64,000 bases of DNA from Malacoraja senta (taxonomy: Eukaryota), in contig CM075987.1 of NCBI GenBank assembly GCA_038087875.1, positions 24,740,001-24,804,000 on the forward strand, in the 5' to 3' direction. The notes beneath the pieces are model-generated. The model was not told the DNA's origin, searched no databases, and saw only the letters and a list, made by a program, of their open reading frames with translations. The position numbers and the translations under genes are program-made. This document shows positions 12,263 to 24,754 of the stretch, in pieces (position 1 is the first letter of the stretch; the number at the start of each line of letters is the position of its first letter).

Positions 12263-14303
12263 ACATATGATGAGCGTTTGACAGCACTGAGCCTGTGCTC
12301 GCTGGAGTTTAGAAGGATGATGGGGCACCTTATTGAAACATACGGAGCAGTGAGAGGCTTGGATAGAGTGGATGTGGAGAGGATGTTTCCACTAGTGGGA
12401 GAGTCTAGGACTAGAGGCCATAGCCTCAGAATAAAAGGCCGTTCCTTTAGGAAGGAGATGAGGAGGAATTTCTTTAGTCAGAGGGTGGTGAATCTGTGGA
12501 ATTCTTTGCATGCACTTGTCTAACAGTTTCTTAAACATTGCGATAGTCCCTGCCACAACTACTTCCTCTGGCAGCTTGTTCCATACATCCACCGCCCTTT
12601 GTGTGAAAAACTTACCCTTCAGATTTCTATTAATTCTTTTCCCCTCACCTTAAACCAATGTCCTATGGTCCTCGATTCACATACTCTGTGCCATCTACCC
12701 AATCTATTCCCCTCATGACTTTATACACATATTAGAATATCTTCATATTTAGCTTGCACAATCTTCTCCAAATATCTCTTGTAAGGATAATCCACAGATG
12801 AAAATTGCCAAATTTTTACATTGCGAGTCGTACTAAAATGTCAATGAAAGTTGTTGATTTTCCAGTCCACTTGTTATTTTATTGTGACTGGGGCAGTAAA
12901 ATTAGAAAGACACAGAAGTTGCCTCGCCTGCATCATTAGACTCCAACATTTTATCGGCAAACTCTTCAGATTTTAATTCGCAAGTTGTTACGATTTCTGG
13001 ATTTAGGGATACAAACCTTCGTCTCAGGCAAGTACCAATACTGTTATTTTCGTTATTCTGAAATTCATTAGCCAGCATGGACGAATATCTGAACAAAGAA
13101 AACACGGAACAAACAACTAATAAATTCAGTGGAGGCCGTGCCATCAGCGGCATGCTGATGGAAATAGTTGTGAAGTGTTTCACTTGACTCCAAGCCAAAC
13201 TGCCGAAGTCAAAATCCAAATCCACTTCACGCACACATGAATTACGTGCAAAGAAGTTGATGTACAGCTCACTCATGCACCTTGTACAACCTCGAGAATT
13301 TCTCCAGTAATAGGCCCCTGGTTTAATGCTGCTGGAACACACCCAGTCAGCTTAGACAGGCAGGCTCAAATAACAGGCTGCCGTGGACATGAACCCGTGA
13401 CCTCCCCAGTGGTAGTCAAGTGATTGACTGCCTCAACTCCTTGGCTACCTCTTCATCTTCACTACTTTCCTTCTCATTTTCAGCATGCTTAAATATATTT
13501 CAACGTATCCCGTGCCCTTAAGGGGAATAACATCAAAGGCTCCATTATAACTGGTATCTAATCTACCCATTGTTTCGACAGCTACCCACCACAGAATTGA
13601 TGTTTTCATTTTTTCCCTAAGTTTGGAAGTACGGCGCGGAAACAGGCCCTTCGGCCCACCGAGTCAGCGCCGACCAGCAGTCCCCGTGCACTAACGCTAT
13701 CCTACACACACTAGCGACTGTTTAACGTTTATACCGAACCAATTACCCGACGTCTTTGGAGTGTGGGGATAACGTACAAACTCCGTACAGACAGCACCCG
13801 TAATCGGGATCGAACCCGGGTCTCTGGCGCTGTAAGTGCTGCAAGGCAGCAACTCTACCGCTGCGCCACCGTGCCGCCATAGTGCAAATACATCTAATGT
13901 CGGCTCACTTTTGCTTTAACAAGAGATTCTCGACACCACTGTTGGTGACAGGAGGAAGGGGGTGCAGAACACTGAGTGTTTCTATTTATATTTTTAACCA
14001 CATGACACGGTGGCCCAGAGGTAGAGTTGCTGCCTCACGGCGCCAGAGACCCGGGTTCGATCCTGACTACGGGTGCTGTCTCTACGGAGTTTGTACGTTC
14101 TCCCCGTGACCTGCGTGGGTTTTCTCCGGGAGCTCCGGATTTCTCCCACACTCCGAAGACGAACAGGTTTGGAGGTTAATTGGCTTTGGTATCAATGTAA
14201 AAATGTCCCTAGTGTATGTAGGATAGTGTTAACGTGCAGGGATTGCTGGCCGGCGCGAACTCGGTGGGCCGAAGGGCCTGTTTCCGCGCTGTATCTCTAT
14301 ACT

Positions 14304-15012
14304 TCCTTACTACCGATTATACCTCCTGGCATGTAGGGCAGCAACGAAGGTCCTTCACTCAGTAGTGGTGATTCCTTCAGTTGCTGTCTCCATCAAAGAT
14401 CCTATAGCGGAGCAAGATGGACCACTCCTGCTAAATGCAATGGGCTGACATGTAGTACGCAACGGAGTGGAACGTGGGCCTTTTTTTTCATCCATTTCCG
14501 TAAACGGACCAGACCCGACTTGCAGTGTAATCAACGTTGCGGGGGGAACAGTTTGTGTTAATAAATTAAAATTCTGAAAATGAGGAGAAAAGTTTTCCCA
14601 AATAACTCTTATTTTTACGAGGATGTTTCCGTAACCGGCTTCCGTCTCTGCACTATTATCCTATGGGATCTTTGGTGCGGAGACGGAAGCCGGTTACGGA
14701 AATGGGGCCTTAAATTACCCATGAATCTGCCCATGACCGTACTACGTCTTTTTCGTCGAGTGGACTATCTTGCTCGCTGTAGGATCTTTGGTCTCCATAA
14801 CATATTTGTTTTACGAGACAGGGTTGTTAGCCCCTGTGCTCAACCTCCAACCTGGAGGACCAGTGGATCGCTCTTCGTCTCACCTCTACCCTTCGACCTG
14901 TCCAGCATGGGAGACCCTAACAGGAGACGAATCTCCCGCTGGCCTTGCTCTAGGGGTCACGGAGACACACAAGCTCCCCGACCATGACAGGGTTGCAATC
15001 CAACGGGGAGCA
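14304..15012 (-). mobile_element. Second bipartite RTE-derived element (about 300 bp of its own sequence), interrupted by the 14394-14790 MITE
   Basis: On the minus strand it has an RTE-type 5' UTR (...TCCACTGGTCCTCCAGGTTGGAGGTTGAGCACAGGGGCTAACAACCCTGTCTCGTAAAAC) and an RTE-type 3' end (TTCGTTGCTGCCCTACATGCC...GTAAGGAAG). Flanking duplication TATCTCTATACT at 14292-303 and 15013-24. Confidence 0.7.
14394..14790. mobile_element. Non-autonomous DNA transposon with CAAAG termini and 8-bp TSD (P-element-like; hAT not excluded)
   Basis: Imperfect TIRs of about 32 bp (caaagatcctatagc.gagcaagat...) and a perfect TSD GTCTCCAT at 14386-93 and 14791-98. Confidence 0.75.
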
Positions 15013-16884
15013 TATCTCTATACTATATCTCTATACTAAACTAAACTAAATATAAATCTCTCCTCCTTCTTAATTCTGTTGACAGGCCTTTATAATGATG
15101 AAAGCTCAATTGACGACTTGTCGTGCCTCTTAGACTTGAAGATTTATCTCCACAAAACTATTTAAAACTGCACTTTGTTACGTAGATTAAACAGCCTTGT
15201 ATTTACACCACAGGATGTACCACGGGACACTCACGTGTGAAGGATTATAGATTTGCTCAATAGCAATCAGATAAGTATTTCAATTAGCTATAAACACTAA
15301 TCCAACAAAAATAAGTGCCATAATTGTCTGAAATGAAATGCCCCAGGCTCTCTTTGCTGAGAAATCTATCCCAGACAGCAGCACTAGGCATGTTATACGA
15401 TATTGTCAATGTGTTCTAATCTCTCCTTAATTTCAGTCGGATTCAATGGGTTCTTGAGAGTCTGATTATAATCTAGTAGCGCAGCGGTAGAGTTGCTGCC
15501 TCACAGCGCCAGAGAACCGGGTTTGATCCTGACTACGGGTGCTGTCAGTACAGAGTTTGTACGTTCTCCCCGTGACCCGCGTGGGTTTTCTCCGGGATCT
15601 CCGGTTTCCTCCCTCACTCCAAAGACGTGCAGGTTTGTAGGTTTAAGAAGGAACTGCAGATGCCGTAAAAATAGAAGGTAGACAAAAATGCTGGAGAAAC
15701 TCAGCGGGTGAGGCAGCATCTATGGAGCGAAGGAATAGGTGACGTTTCGGGTCGAGACCCGAAACGTCACCTATTCCTTCGCTCCATAGATGCTGCCTCA
15801 CCCGTCGAGTTTCTCCAGCACTTTTGTCTACCTTCGGGTATGTTGGTTAATTGGTTTGGTATACAAATGTAAAATTAACCCTGGTGTGTGTAGGATAGTG
15901 CTAGTGTGCGGGGATCGCTGTTCGGCGTGGACCCGGTGGGCCGAAGGGCATGTTCCCGTGCTATAACTCTAAACCAAACTAAACTAAGCATTCATACAGC
16001 AGGGAAACCAGCTCTTTGATCCATCTAGTCTGGGTCAACCATAAGCCTATTTCAACCATAAACCACACACTTACCTATACCCGTGGTCGATGGCCGGCGT
16101 GTACCCAGGGCAAGATGGGACATCTTGGTCGGCATGGACATGTTGGGCCGAAGGGCCTGTTTCCGTGCTGTATGACACTGCGACTCCTTCATCAACTCCC
16201 TAAGATTTCCCGACTCACCTAAATGCCGGGGGCAAATCGCAGTGGGGAATTGGCCCACTAATGAGCATATCTTGTGGAATGCGGGAGGAAACCGGAGCAT
16301 CTGCAGGAAATAAAGCCACCGGGACACCCTACAAATTCCACAGAAACAGCACCGGAGGTCAGGATTGAACCTGTGTCGTTTGGAGAGCTCTGAGGACAGC
16401 ATTTTTTACCATTGCACCACTGTGATCATGGCTTGGAAGCACCTGGAAAACATTTCCTAAATAAAATATTGTCATTTCCAATCAGTAACAGATGTCGTAC
16501 CTTCAACTGAACAAACGCTCACAGTGAAACTCTGCGGTAATATATGTAAACGACATTGAATTTGATCCTTTACTGTGTTAATTACAAAACGCAAGGGCAG
16601 ATTCTCGGTCATCTTAAGTATGAAAATGGGTTGCGATTTTTGTGCTGTTATTCTCAAGGCACAAAGTTATGAGTGAATCGTGACTTCCGATGCCCAACAA
16701 TGATCGCTCTGAGAAGGTGTTGTCTCGCCACCTGAAAATAAGTATCGTCATGGAGTCACACAGCACGGAAACAGGCCCTTCGGCCCAACTTGGCCTTGCC
16801 GCCCAAAATGCCACATCTACACGAGTCTGACCTGCCTGTGTTTGGTACAGATCCCTCTATACATTCCCTAACTACAGAGTCATA

Positions 16885-17284
16885 CCTTCTCCGTGGATTG
16901 ACACCTTGTCGTGGTGGAGAAGCTTGTGTGGTCCTGAGGTCGATGCCGTCTGGAGCTATGCTCCTGGTGGGGCCACCCATGGCGGTGAGGTCGAGGGGGA
17001 GTTCTCTGACAGAGAGCAATCCAACCAAGACCTCAACGGTGGAACAGGCGGAGGACGCTGGCTGACCTTAGTGGAGCGTCACAACGGCTGGGAAGGCGGA
17101 TGAAGGCTGCAGCAGAAAAGGGTCTCCGGTCGTCTTGGACTCCATGCCACTGGATCCTGACCCAGATCTGTCAAGGACCGTGGGGTGGCTGTCTGTGCAC
17201 CAGTCTCCCCACGTTAAACAAAGTCATGCAAAAGCGTCCTCCACGAGCGGACAGTCATACTCGTTTCGAGTGACCGCCGATGAT
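16885..17284 (+). mobile_element. Bipartite non-autonomous RTE-derived retroelement (5' UTR fused to 3' end)
   Basis: The 5' part resembles RTE/BovB 5' UTRs (CCTTGTCGTGG...GCTTG...GGGCCACCCA...GGTC...GAGTTCTCTGACA). It ends in a (GAT)n tail and is flanked by AGAGTCATA (16876-84, 17285-93). No RT ORF. Confidence 0.7.
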
Positions 17285-19289
17285 AGAGTCATAGAGTGAT
17301 ACAGCGTGGAAACAAGCCCTCGGCCCAAGTTGCCCACACCGGCCAACATGTCCCAGCTACACTAGTCCCACCTGCCTGCGCTTGGTCCTTATCACTCCAA
17401 ACCTGTCCGATCCATACACCTGTCCAAATATCCTTTAAATGCATTTCATCAAATAATTTTTAAGTGCATTAGTCGTAGCAGCAGAATTAGGCCATTCGGC
17501 CCATCGAGTCTACACCGCCATGCAATCATGGCTGATCTATCTTTCCCTCCCAACCCCATTCCCCCTGCTTTCTCCCCATAGCCCCTGACACCGTACTAAT
17601 CAAGAAAATCCATCAATCTCCGCCTTAAAAACATCCATTGACTTGGCCTCCACAGCCGCCTGCGGCAATGAATTCCACAGATTCACCACCCTCTGTCGAA
17701 AGAAACTCCTCCTCATCTCCTTTCCAAAGGTACGGCCTTTTGTAGGATTTGTACAACAATGGCGTTGGATGGACTCTTACTGAGGCCATCTTGATTGAAA
17801 CACATTGCTGTCACAATCTAACATGTTATTAGTCATGGTGACCAACAAGCCACCAAATTTCTGTACAAACCCATCTGGTTCATTGGTGGCCTCACTGGGC
17901 CCAAATTTGTTAGCCATCACTCATAACACGTTTTCTTTGATTCAGAAATCACCCAGGCGACTATCTGAGGGCGGGCCACAGAAGCCGATCTACAGTCACA
18001 CATTACAATCGCTCCACACTCTTAAATCTCTACTCCCACAGCAACATTTCTTACTTTATTGGACTTTGCGGGCATTACTTTAGTCAGAGGGTAGTTAATC
18101 TGTGGAACTCATCGCCACAGAGGGCTGTGGAGGCCAAGTCCGTGGATATCTTTAAGGCAGAGATAGACCAATTCTTGATTGGAACAGGTGTCATGGGGAG
18201 AAGGCAGGAAAATGGGATTAGGGGGCAGAGATCAGCCACGATTGAATGGCGGAAGTAGACTCACAATGGGCCGAATGGCCTAATTCTATTCCTATCACTT
18301 GTGACCTTATGATCCCATCTTCATCCTTCAAATTCTCCCTCTCCACAAAGAATGTTATTCATTAATTTATCTGTACGCATTTCGTTGAAATAGGGGCTAA
18401 TCTCAACAAAGAATGAAGGTAGAGGGCACATAGTTAGCTTGTGCAGGAGAAACTCGTCACCTTAAATCATTGTATGTGTGCAGTAACCAGGGGCAACAGT
18501 AGCATCCATCAACAAGAGAACCTCCATTTTCAAAGTGGAAATGGTCGAATGAGCAACAAAAAAAAGACCACATTCCTTGCTGTAAGACCAACAAATATTG
18601 TGCCTGCACATAAATCTCAAAGCAATAGGTTTTTCTTCCAAATAATTCCAAGCATATTTGAGTTGTATCCTTAAGCCCCTGTCCCACTTACGTGTCCTTG
18701 GCACGCTAATTACGCGACCTCGCGCCCGCACAGCCGTCTGGAACGCGTGACGTTATTTGAAGATGGACACAAAATGCTGGAGTAACTCAGCGGGACCGGC
18801 AGCATCTCTGGAGAGAAGGAATGGGTGACGTTTCGTGTCGAGACTCTTCTTCAGTCTGAAAGAAGGGTCTTGATCCGAAACGTCACCCATTCCTTCTAGA
18901 GTCATAAAGTGGTAGTGTGTGGAAACAGGCCCTTCAGCCCAACTTGCCCACACCGGCCAACAATGTCCCATCCACCCTAGTCCCACTTGCCTGCGCTTGG
19001 TCCATAACCCTCCAAACCTGTCCTATCCATGTACCTGTCTAACTGTTTCTTAAACTATGGGATAGTCCCTGCCTCAACTACCTCCTCTGGCAGCTTGTTC
19101 CATACACCCACTGCTCTTTGTGTGAAAAAGTTACCCCTCGGATTGCTATTAAATCTTTTCCCCTTGACCTTGAACCCATGTCCTCTGGTCCTCGATTCCC
19201 CTACTCCGGGCAAGAGGCTCTGTGCATCTACCCGATCTATTCCTCTCATGATTTTTTATACCTCTATCAGAACTCCCCTCATCCTCCTG

Positions 19290-19760
19290 CAAAAATGTTG
19301 GAAGATTGTGTGCTGTATGCGACGGCTGATGGGTTAGAAGCTAAGGACAAGGGGGACTCTGTCCTGGTTGCGACTGGGGGAGGGAGAGTAAGGGCGGACT
19401 TGCGGGGTACCAAGGAGACACATGTGAGGGCCTCGTCTAAAATGGAAGACGGTAACACCCCCCCGCCCCCCGTTCCCTAAAGAATGAGGACATTTCTGAA
19501 GAAGTGTCACTACGCAAAACGTCATCCATTCCTTCTCTCCAGAGATGCTGCCTGTCCCACTGAGTTACTCCAGCTTTTTGTGTCTATCTTTGGATTAAAC
19601 CAATTGTTTCTTCTCGGATGTCCTTGTATAGGACACCTCATCTTGGGCGCAGATGCAGCGTAGATGGAGGAATTCGGAGTAGGGGGATAGAGACTTTACA
19701 GGAAGCAGGGTGGGAAGAAGTGTAGTCTAGATAGCCGTGGGAGTCAGTAGGCCTATAATG
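19290..19760 (-). mobile_element. Penelope-like RT/linker fragments
   Basis: The minus strand gives YRPTDSHGYLDYTSSHPASCKVSIPYSEFLHLRCIC (about 19760-19640) and RNQDRVPLVLSF (about 19370-19335), typical of PLE ORFs; a pLTR piece interrupts them. Confidence 0.75.
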
Positions 19761-19891
19761 GTAGCACGATGGCAAGGAGCACAATGCCCGGAAAAGCAAT
19801 TCACCCAGTTAACTTTACACCCGGCTATAAAGCTCACTTTAAATAAGCAACGAACATTTCCATCAGTGGCTAACTTACACCACGTGGCTCA

Positions 19892-20210
19892 AGGGGCTGT
19901 CCCACTATACGAGCCAATTCAAGAGCTCTCCCAAGTCTTAAAAAAAATCAAACTCATAGTAAGGACGTAGAATGTACGTAGCGGGTACGTCGGAGCTCGG
20001 GGACGTCTCTTAGCGGCTCGTAACGCTAACGGCAGGTACTCGGGAAACGCGGTAAGCTCGGGAAGACTCGTGAAGATTTTTCAACATGTCGAAAAATGTC
20101 CACGAGAGCCCCGAGTACCGACGAGCGGCCATTACCCGTAATTCTCCGAGTTCGAATCAGGGGAAACTCGGGAGAACTCTTGAATTTGCTCGTACAGTGG
20201 GACGGGCCCA
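19892..20210 (-). mobile_element. Harbinger-type MITE (subfamily A, reverse orientation)
   Basis: TIRs aggggctgtcccac / gtgggacgggccca, flanks TCA/TTA; the interior is the reverse complement of the 3866 copy. Confidence 0.75.
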
Positions 20211-20447
20211 TTAGGAACGCACTGGCTTGGTTGCGAGTTAATTTTGTGTTTCTAGCAAGCCGACGTTTTTATATTGAGCGGGTAATCCCATCTCCCACAG
20301 ATTTAAGTTAATGAAGCACGAAATAGATTGGTTCAGGAGGGAACAGGGACATGTGCGAGGTAGAAACGAGGGCCAAGAGTGAGAAAAGTCAACAGTTGGA
20401 AACATTTAGGGGGAACTTAATATCAAGCAGAGATTACTATCAATTAG

Positions 20448-20622
20448 TTTAAGAAAGAACTGCAGATGCTGGAGAATCGAAAGTAGACAAAAATGCTGGA
20501 GAAACTCAGCGGGTGAGGCAGCATCTATGGAGCGAAGGAAATAGGCCCGAAACGTTGCCTATTTCCTTCGCTCCATAGATGCTGCCTCACCCGCTGAGTT
20601 TCTCCAGCATTTTTGTCTGCTG
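20448..20622. mobile_element. Penelope pLTR-derived foldback unit with 12-bp TSD
   Basis: Inverted arms of about 60 bp, flanked by ACTATCAATTAG (20436-47, 20623-34). Confidence 0.8.
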
Positions 20623-21435
20623 ACTATCAATTAGAACAGCTTTGGTTGCGGCCACACACTCATCTCCCTACTACCTACAGGAGCCTGAAGACTGCAACGA
20701 CCAGGTTCAGGAATAGTTACTTCCCCACAGCCATCAGGCTATTAAACCTAGCTCGGACCAAACACTGAACTTTATTAGCCAATTAACTGTTATTTGCACT
20801 TTATCGGTATATTGATTCATCTGTGTATATATTTATAGAATGCCTTGTAGTCAATGCCTACTATGTTCTGTTGTGCTGAAGCAAAGCAAGAATTTCATTG
20901 TCCTATCAGGGACATATGACAATAAACTCACTTGACTTGACTTGTATAGCGTTAAAACTTAACACACTGATAAAGAGATACTTATATCTGAGACCCAAGA
21001 TTCTGCAACAAATTTAATTTGAGTTTATCAAGCAATTCAGAAGCTTCTGCATAAAAGGGAGTGGGTGAACAAGCTTACAAACATTGTTGCATGTGTTGGA
21101 AGGAACTGCAGGCGCTGGTTTAAACCGAAGATGGACACAAAATGCTGGAGTAACTCAGCGGGTGAGGCAGCATCTCTGGAGAGAAGGAATAGGTGACGTT
21201 TCGGGCTGAGACCCTTCTTCAGACTGAGAGTCAGGGGAAAGCTAAACAAGAGATGTAGACCATGATGTAGAGAGATATACAATAAATGAATGAAAGATAT
21301 GCAAAAGAAAGTAATGATGATAAAGGAAACAGGCCATTGTTAGCTGTGGCCCAGGTGAGAACAAGTGCAGACAAGACTGCTTTGGTACATTGTAAATTAA
21401 CCAACGCTTTGTAGCGATTTGCCCCTCAGTCTATT

Positions 21436-21908
21436 TTACAAGGTTAATTCCCGGGATGGCGGGACTGTCATTTGCTGAGAGAGTGGAGCAGCTGGGCTTG
21501 TACACTCTGGAGTTAAGAAGGATGAGAGGGTATCTCATTGAAACGTATAAGATTGTTAAGGGTTTGGACACGCTAGAGGCAGGAAACATGTTCCCGATGT
21601 TGGGGGAGTCCAGAACCAGGGGCCACAGTTTAAGAATAAGGAGTAAGCCATTTACAACGGAGACGAGGAAACACTTTATCTCACAGAGAGTGGTGAGTCT
21701 GTGGAATTTTCTGCCTCAGAGGGCGGTGGAGGCCGGTTCTCTGGATGCTTTCAAGAGAGAGCTAGATAGGGCTCTTTAAAAATAGCAGAGTCAGGGGATA
21801 TGGGGAGAAGGCAGGAATGGGGTACTGATTGGGGATGATCAGCCATGATCACATTGAATGGCGGTGCTGGCTTGAAAGACCGAATGGCCTACTCTTGCAC
21901 CTATTGTC
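21436..21908 (+). mobile_element. CR1 LINE 3' fragment
   Basis: ORF 21456-21779 encodes the CR1 C-terminus, followed by the tail. Confidence 0.88.
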
Positions 21909-23772
21909 CCGAAACGTCGCCTATTCCATTTTTCCAGAGATGCTGCCTGACCCGCAGAGTTACTCCAGCTTTTTGCGTCTATCTTCGGTTAAACCAGCTC
22001 AAATATTTTGGTCGTTAATGAAGAGCATTATTTTTCCACCACGATACGTCGCGACAGCAAAGAAAAGGTTTCCACGAAAAGAAAAAAAAAAAACAATGCT
22101 ACTGACCCCGCAATGTATCCCAACTTGTCTACCACCCCTACTAGCCTGCTGTATGGTTTAGTTGGTTCAGCATGGGATCAATATGATTATTAAGCCCAGC
22201 AGTTCAAGCGCGGATGTGTCTGGAGCCGTCCAAGGTTGAGACTCCTTTGTGTTCTTCCAATGCGTAGGAAAGCACCCCCAGATGTATTCTGCGCCGGCCA
22301 ATTGCAAGAAGTGCCAACCAGCCAGCCTGACAAACTGAAAATTGTGACCTGATGGTGTTTCTTTTTCAAGTGTGAATGCGTGATGAGACAACTTTGGCTC
22401 GGCCGGCCCGTGATTGTGCTCCACTACGCTTGTTGAAAGAGATATCAAAGGGAACTCAAACAATGTGCTGTGCAGCAAAAAAAAAAATATATATATATAT
22501 ATATATTTTTTTTAAAAGGACAAACCAAATTGACTCTTCAACAAAATACAATCCTTATGCTCAGGACTAGCCTCATGCTTTGATGAGTTACAGCCGTTCA
22601 CACGTGCGTCTATACATAGAAACATGGAAAATAGGTTAAGGAGTAGGTCCAAAATGCTGGAGTAACTCAGCGGGCGAGGCAGCATCTCTGGAGAGAAGGA
22701 ACGGGCGGCGTATCGGGTCGAGACCCTTCTTCAGACTTGTTTCAGAAAAAAGGCTGGTTGGGTTGCTGAGGAGGTGTTACTGGAGAATTAGGCAGAGGAG
22801 CAGATTGGAGATGCAGATGGGGGTGGGGGGGGGGTTGTCCACTCTCAGCTGAATGTCTGCAAGTCCGACGCTAACACGGCCATGCAGCAGTTGCGGGATT
22901 TCTGCAATCTCCCATTTTCTTCATTTCTGTCGGGGTGTGTAGGAAGGGGCTGCAGATGCTGGTTTAAACCGAAGATAGACCAAAAATAAAAAGCTGGAGT
23001 AACTCAGCGGGGCAGCTTTTTGTTTGGTCTATCTTCGGTTTAAACCAGCATCTGCAGCCCCTTCCCTACACACCCCGACTGACGTCAGAAATGAAGAACA
23101 TTTAAGAATAAGGAGTAAGCCATTTCGAACGGAGACGAGGAAACACTTTTTCTCACAGAGAGTGGTGAGTCTGTGGAATTCTCTGCCTCAGAGGGTGGTG
23201 GAGGCTGGTTCTCTGGATGCTTTCAAGAGAGAGCTAGATAGGGCTCAGGGGATGTGGGGAGAAGGCAGGAACGGGGTACTGATTGGGGATGATCAGCCAT
23301 GATCACATTGAATGGCGGTGCTGGCCCGAAGGGCCGAATGGCCTACTCCTGCACCTATTGTCTATTGACAGGCAGCATCTCTGGAGAGATGGAATGGGTG
23401 ACGTTTCGGTTCGAGGGTCTGAGTGTCCCAGTTGTTTTGGGAGTGGTTCGGGTTTTGGATGTTTTCCTCTTCTTTAAGGAAAATGTCCAGAGTTGACTGC
23501 TTTCTCTGACCGTCCCGCTCAGCCAGAGTGACCCGCCAGACGATCGTGACGCCTTAGAGCGGTCATCAATAAGCCTGGAAAACCTCTCGCAGACCCCTTT
23601 GATAACGGGGCCTTTCATGTTCACCGCAACATGTCATCACTGGAAGCGTTTGTGTGAACCTCTGCCAGGCTCTCCTTCGTGAGAGGCCCCCCTGATTGGG
23701 ACTTGATTAACTGCAGGACATCATTCTCTTTGGCCTCCCACCTGTAAAATGCATGGTTGTGCTGCTACATCA

Positions 23773-24047
23773 AGGCCCTGTCCCACTTGGCGATTTTCTC
23801 GGCGACTGCCGGCGTCATAATCAGTGTGCCAAAAGATTTTGAACGTTTGAAAATCCAGCGGCGACAAAAAATATATTGCGACATTTGAAAAAAAAAACGC
23901 GCGTCAATACGTCATCATGCCAGATCACCGCCGCATCACGCCCCGCCCCCCCCCCCCCCCCCCCCCACACGAATTTTTCGTTGACCTGATACGTCAGTCA
24001 ATAATGTCAGCAGTCTCTGAAACAAATCGCCAAATGGGACAGGCCCT
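23773..24047. mobile_element. Harbinger-type MITE (subfamily B)
   Basis: TIRs aggccctgtcccac / atgggacaggccct, flanks TCA/TAA, different interior with a poly-C run. Confidence 0.7.
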
Positions 24048-24726
24048 TAATACTCACAGAGTCGTAGAGTCACATGGAACGCAAGGAAATAGGCCCTTCG
24101 GCCCAGCTTGCCCATGGTGTCTCATCTACACTAGTCCCAGGCTCTTTTCAATGTTATATTTCGGGTTGGGTTTTAGTCGTATGTTTTGGTTTATTATTGT
24201 CACGTCCATCTGGTGGGGATGTGGAATGAGCTGCTAGAGGAGGTGGTTGAGGCAGAAACTATCACAACATCTTAAAGACATTTGGACGGGTATATGGATT
24301 GGAAAGATTTAGAGGGATATGGGCCAACAGGAGTCTGGTGTGGTTAGTGTATTATTATCATATATATATATATATAATCATATTATATATACAATTATTT
24401 TCTATATAATATAATTTATTTACTGACTATGGGTGCTGTCTACACGAAGTTTGTTCGTTCTCCCCGTGACCGTGTGGGTTTCTCCGAGATCTTCGGTATC
24501 CTCCCACACTCCAAAGACGTACAGGTTGCGGGTTAAATGGCTTGGTATAAATGTAAATTTGTCCCGACCGTGCGTGGGATAGTGTTGGTCTGCGGGGATC
24601 GCTGGCTGTGTGCGGACTGAGGGCTTCTTTCCCTACTGTATCTCTAAACTGAACTAAAGAAGACAGATGCAAAAAGCTGTAGTAACTCCGTGGCTCAGGC
24701 AGAATCTCTGGAGAAAAGGAATAGGT

Positions 24727-24754
24727 GACGTTTCGGGTCGAGACCCTTCTTCAG
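24727..24754 (-). ncRNA. Minimal hammerhead ribozyme motif (ASTN2-sense strand)
   Basis: The plus-strand sequence gacgtttcgggtcgagacccttcttcag is the exact reverse complement of the intact core. Confidence 0.6.

Noticed and set aside
12902..13342. 146-aa minus-strand ORF in unique sequence
   Set aside because: Non-ATG start, no recognisable homology, and no resemblance to ASTN2.
13370..13450. tRNA-like sequence on the minus strand (GGTAGCCAAGGAGTTG...GGTTCATGTCC)
   Set aside because: No complete cloverleaf; at best the decayed head of an old SINE.
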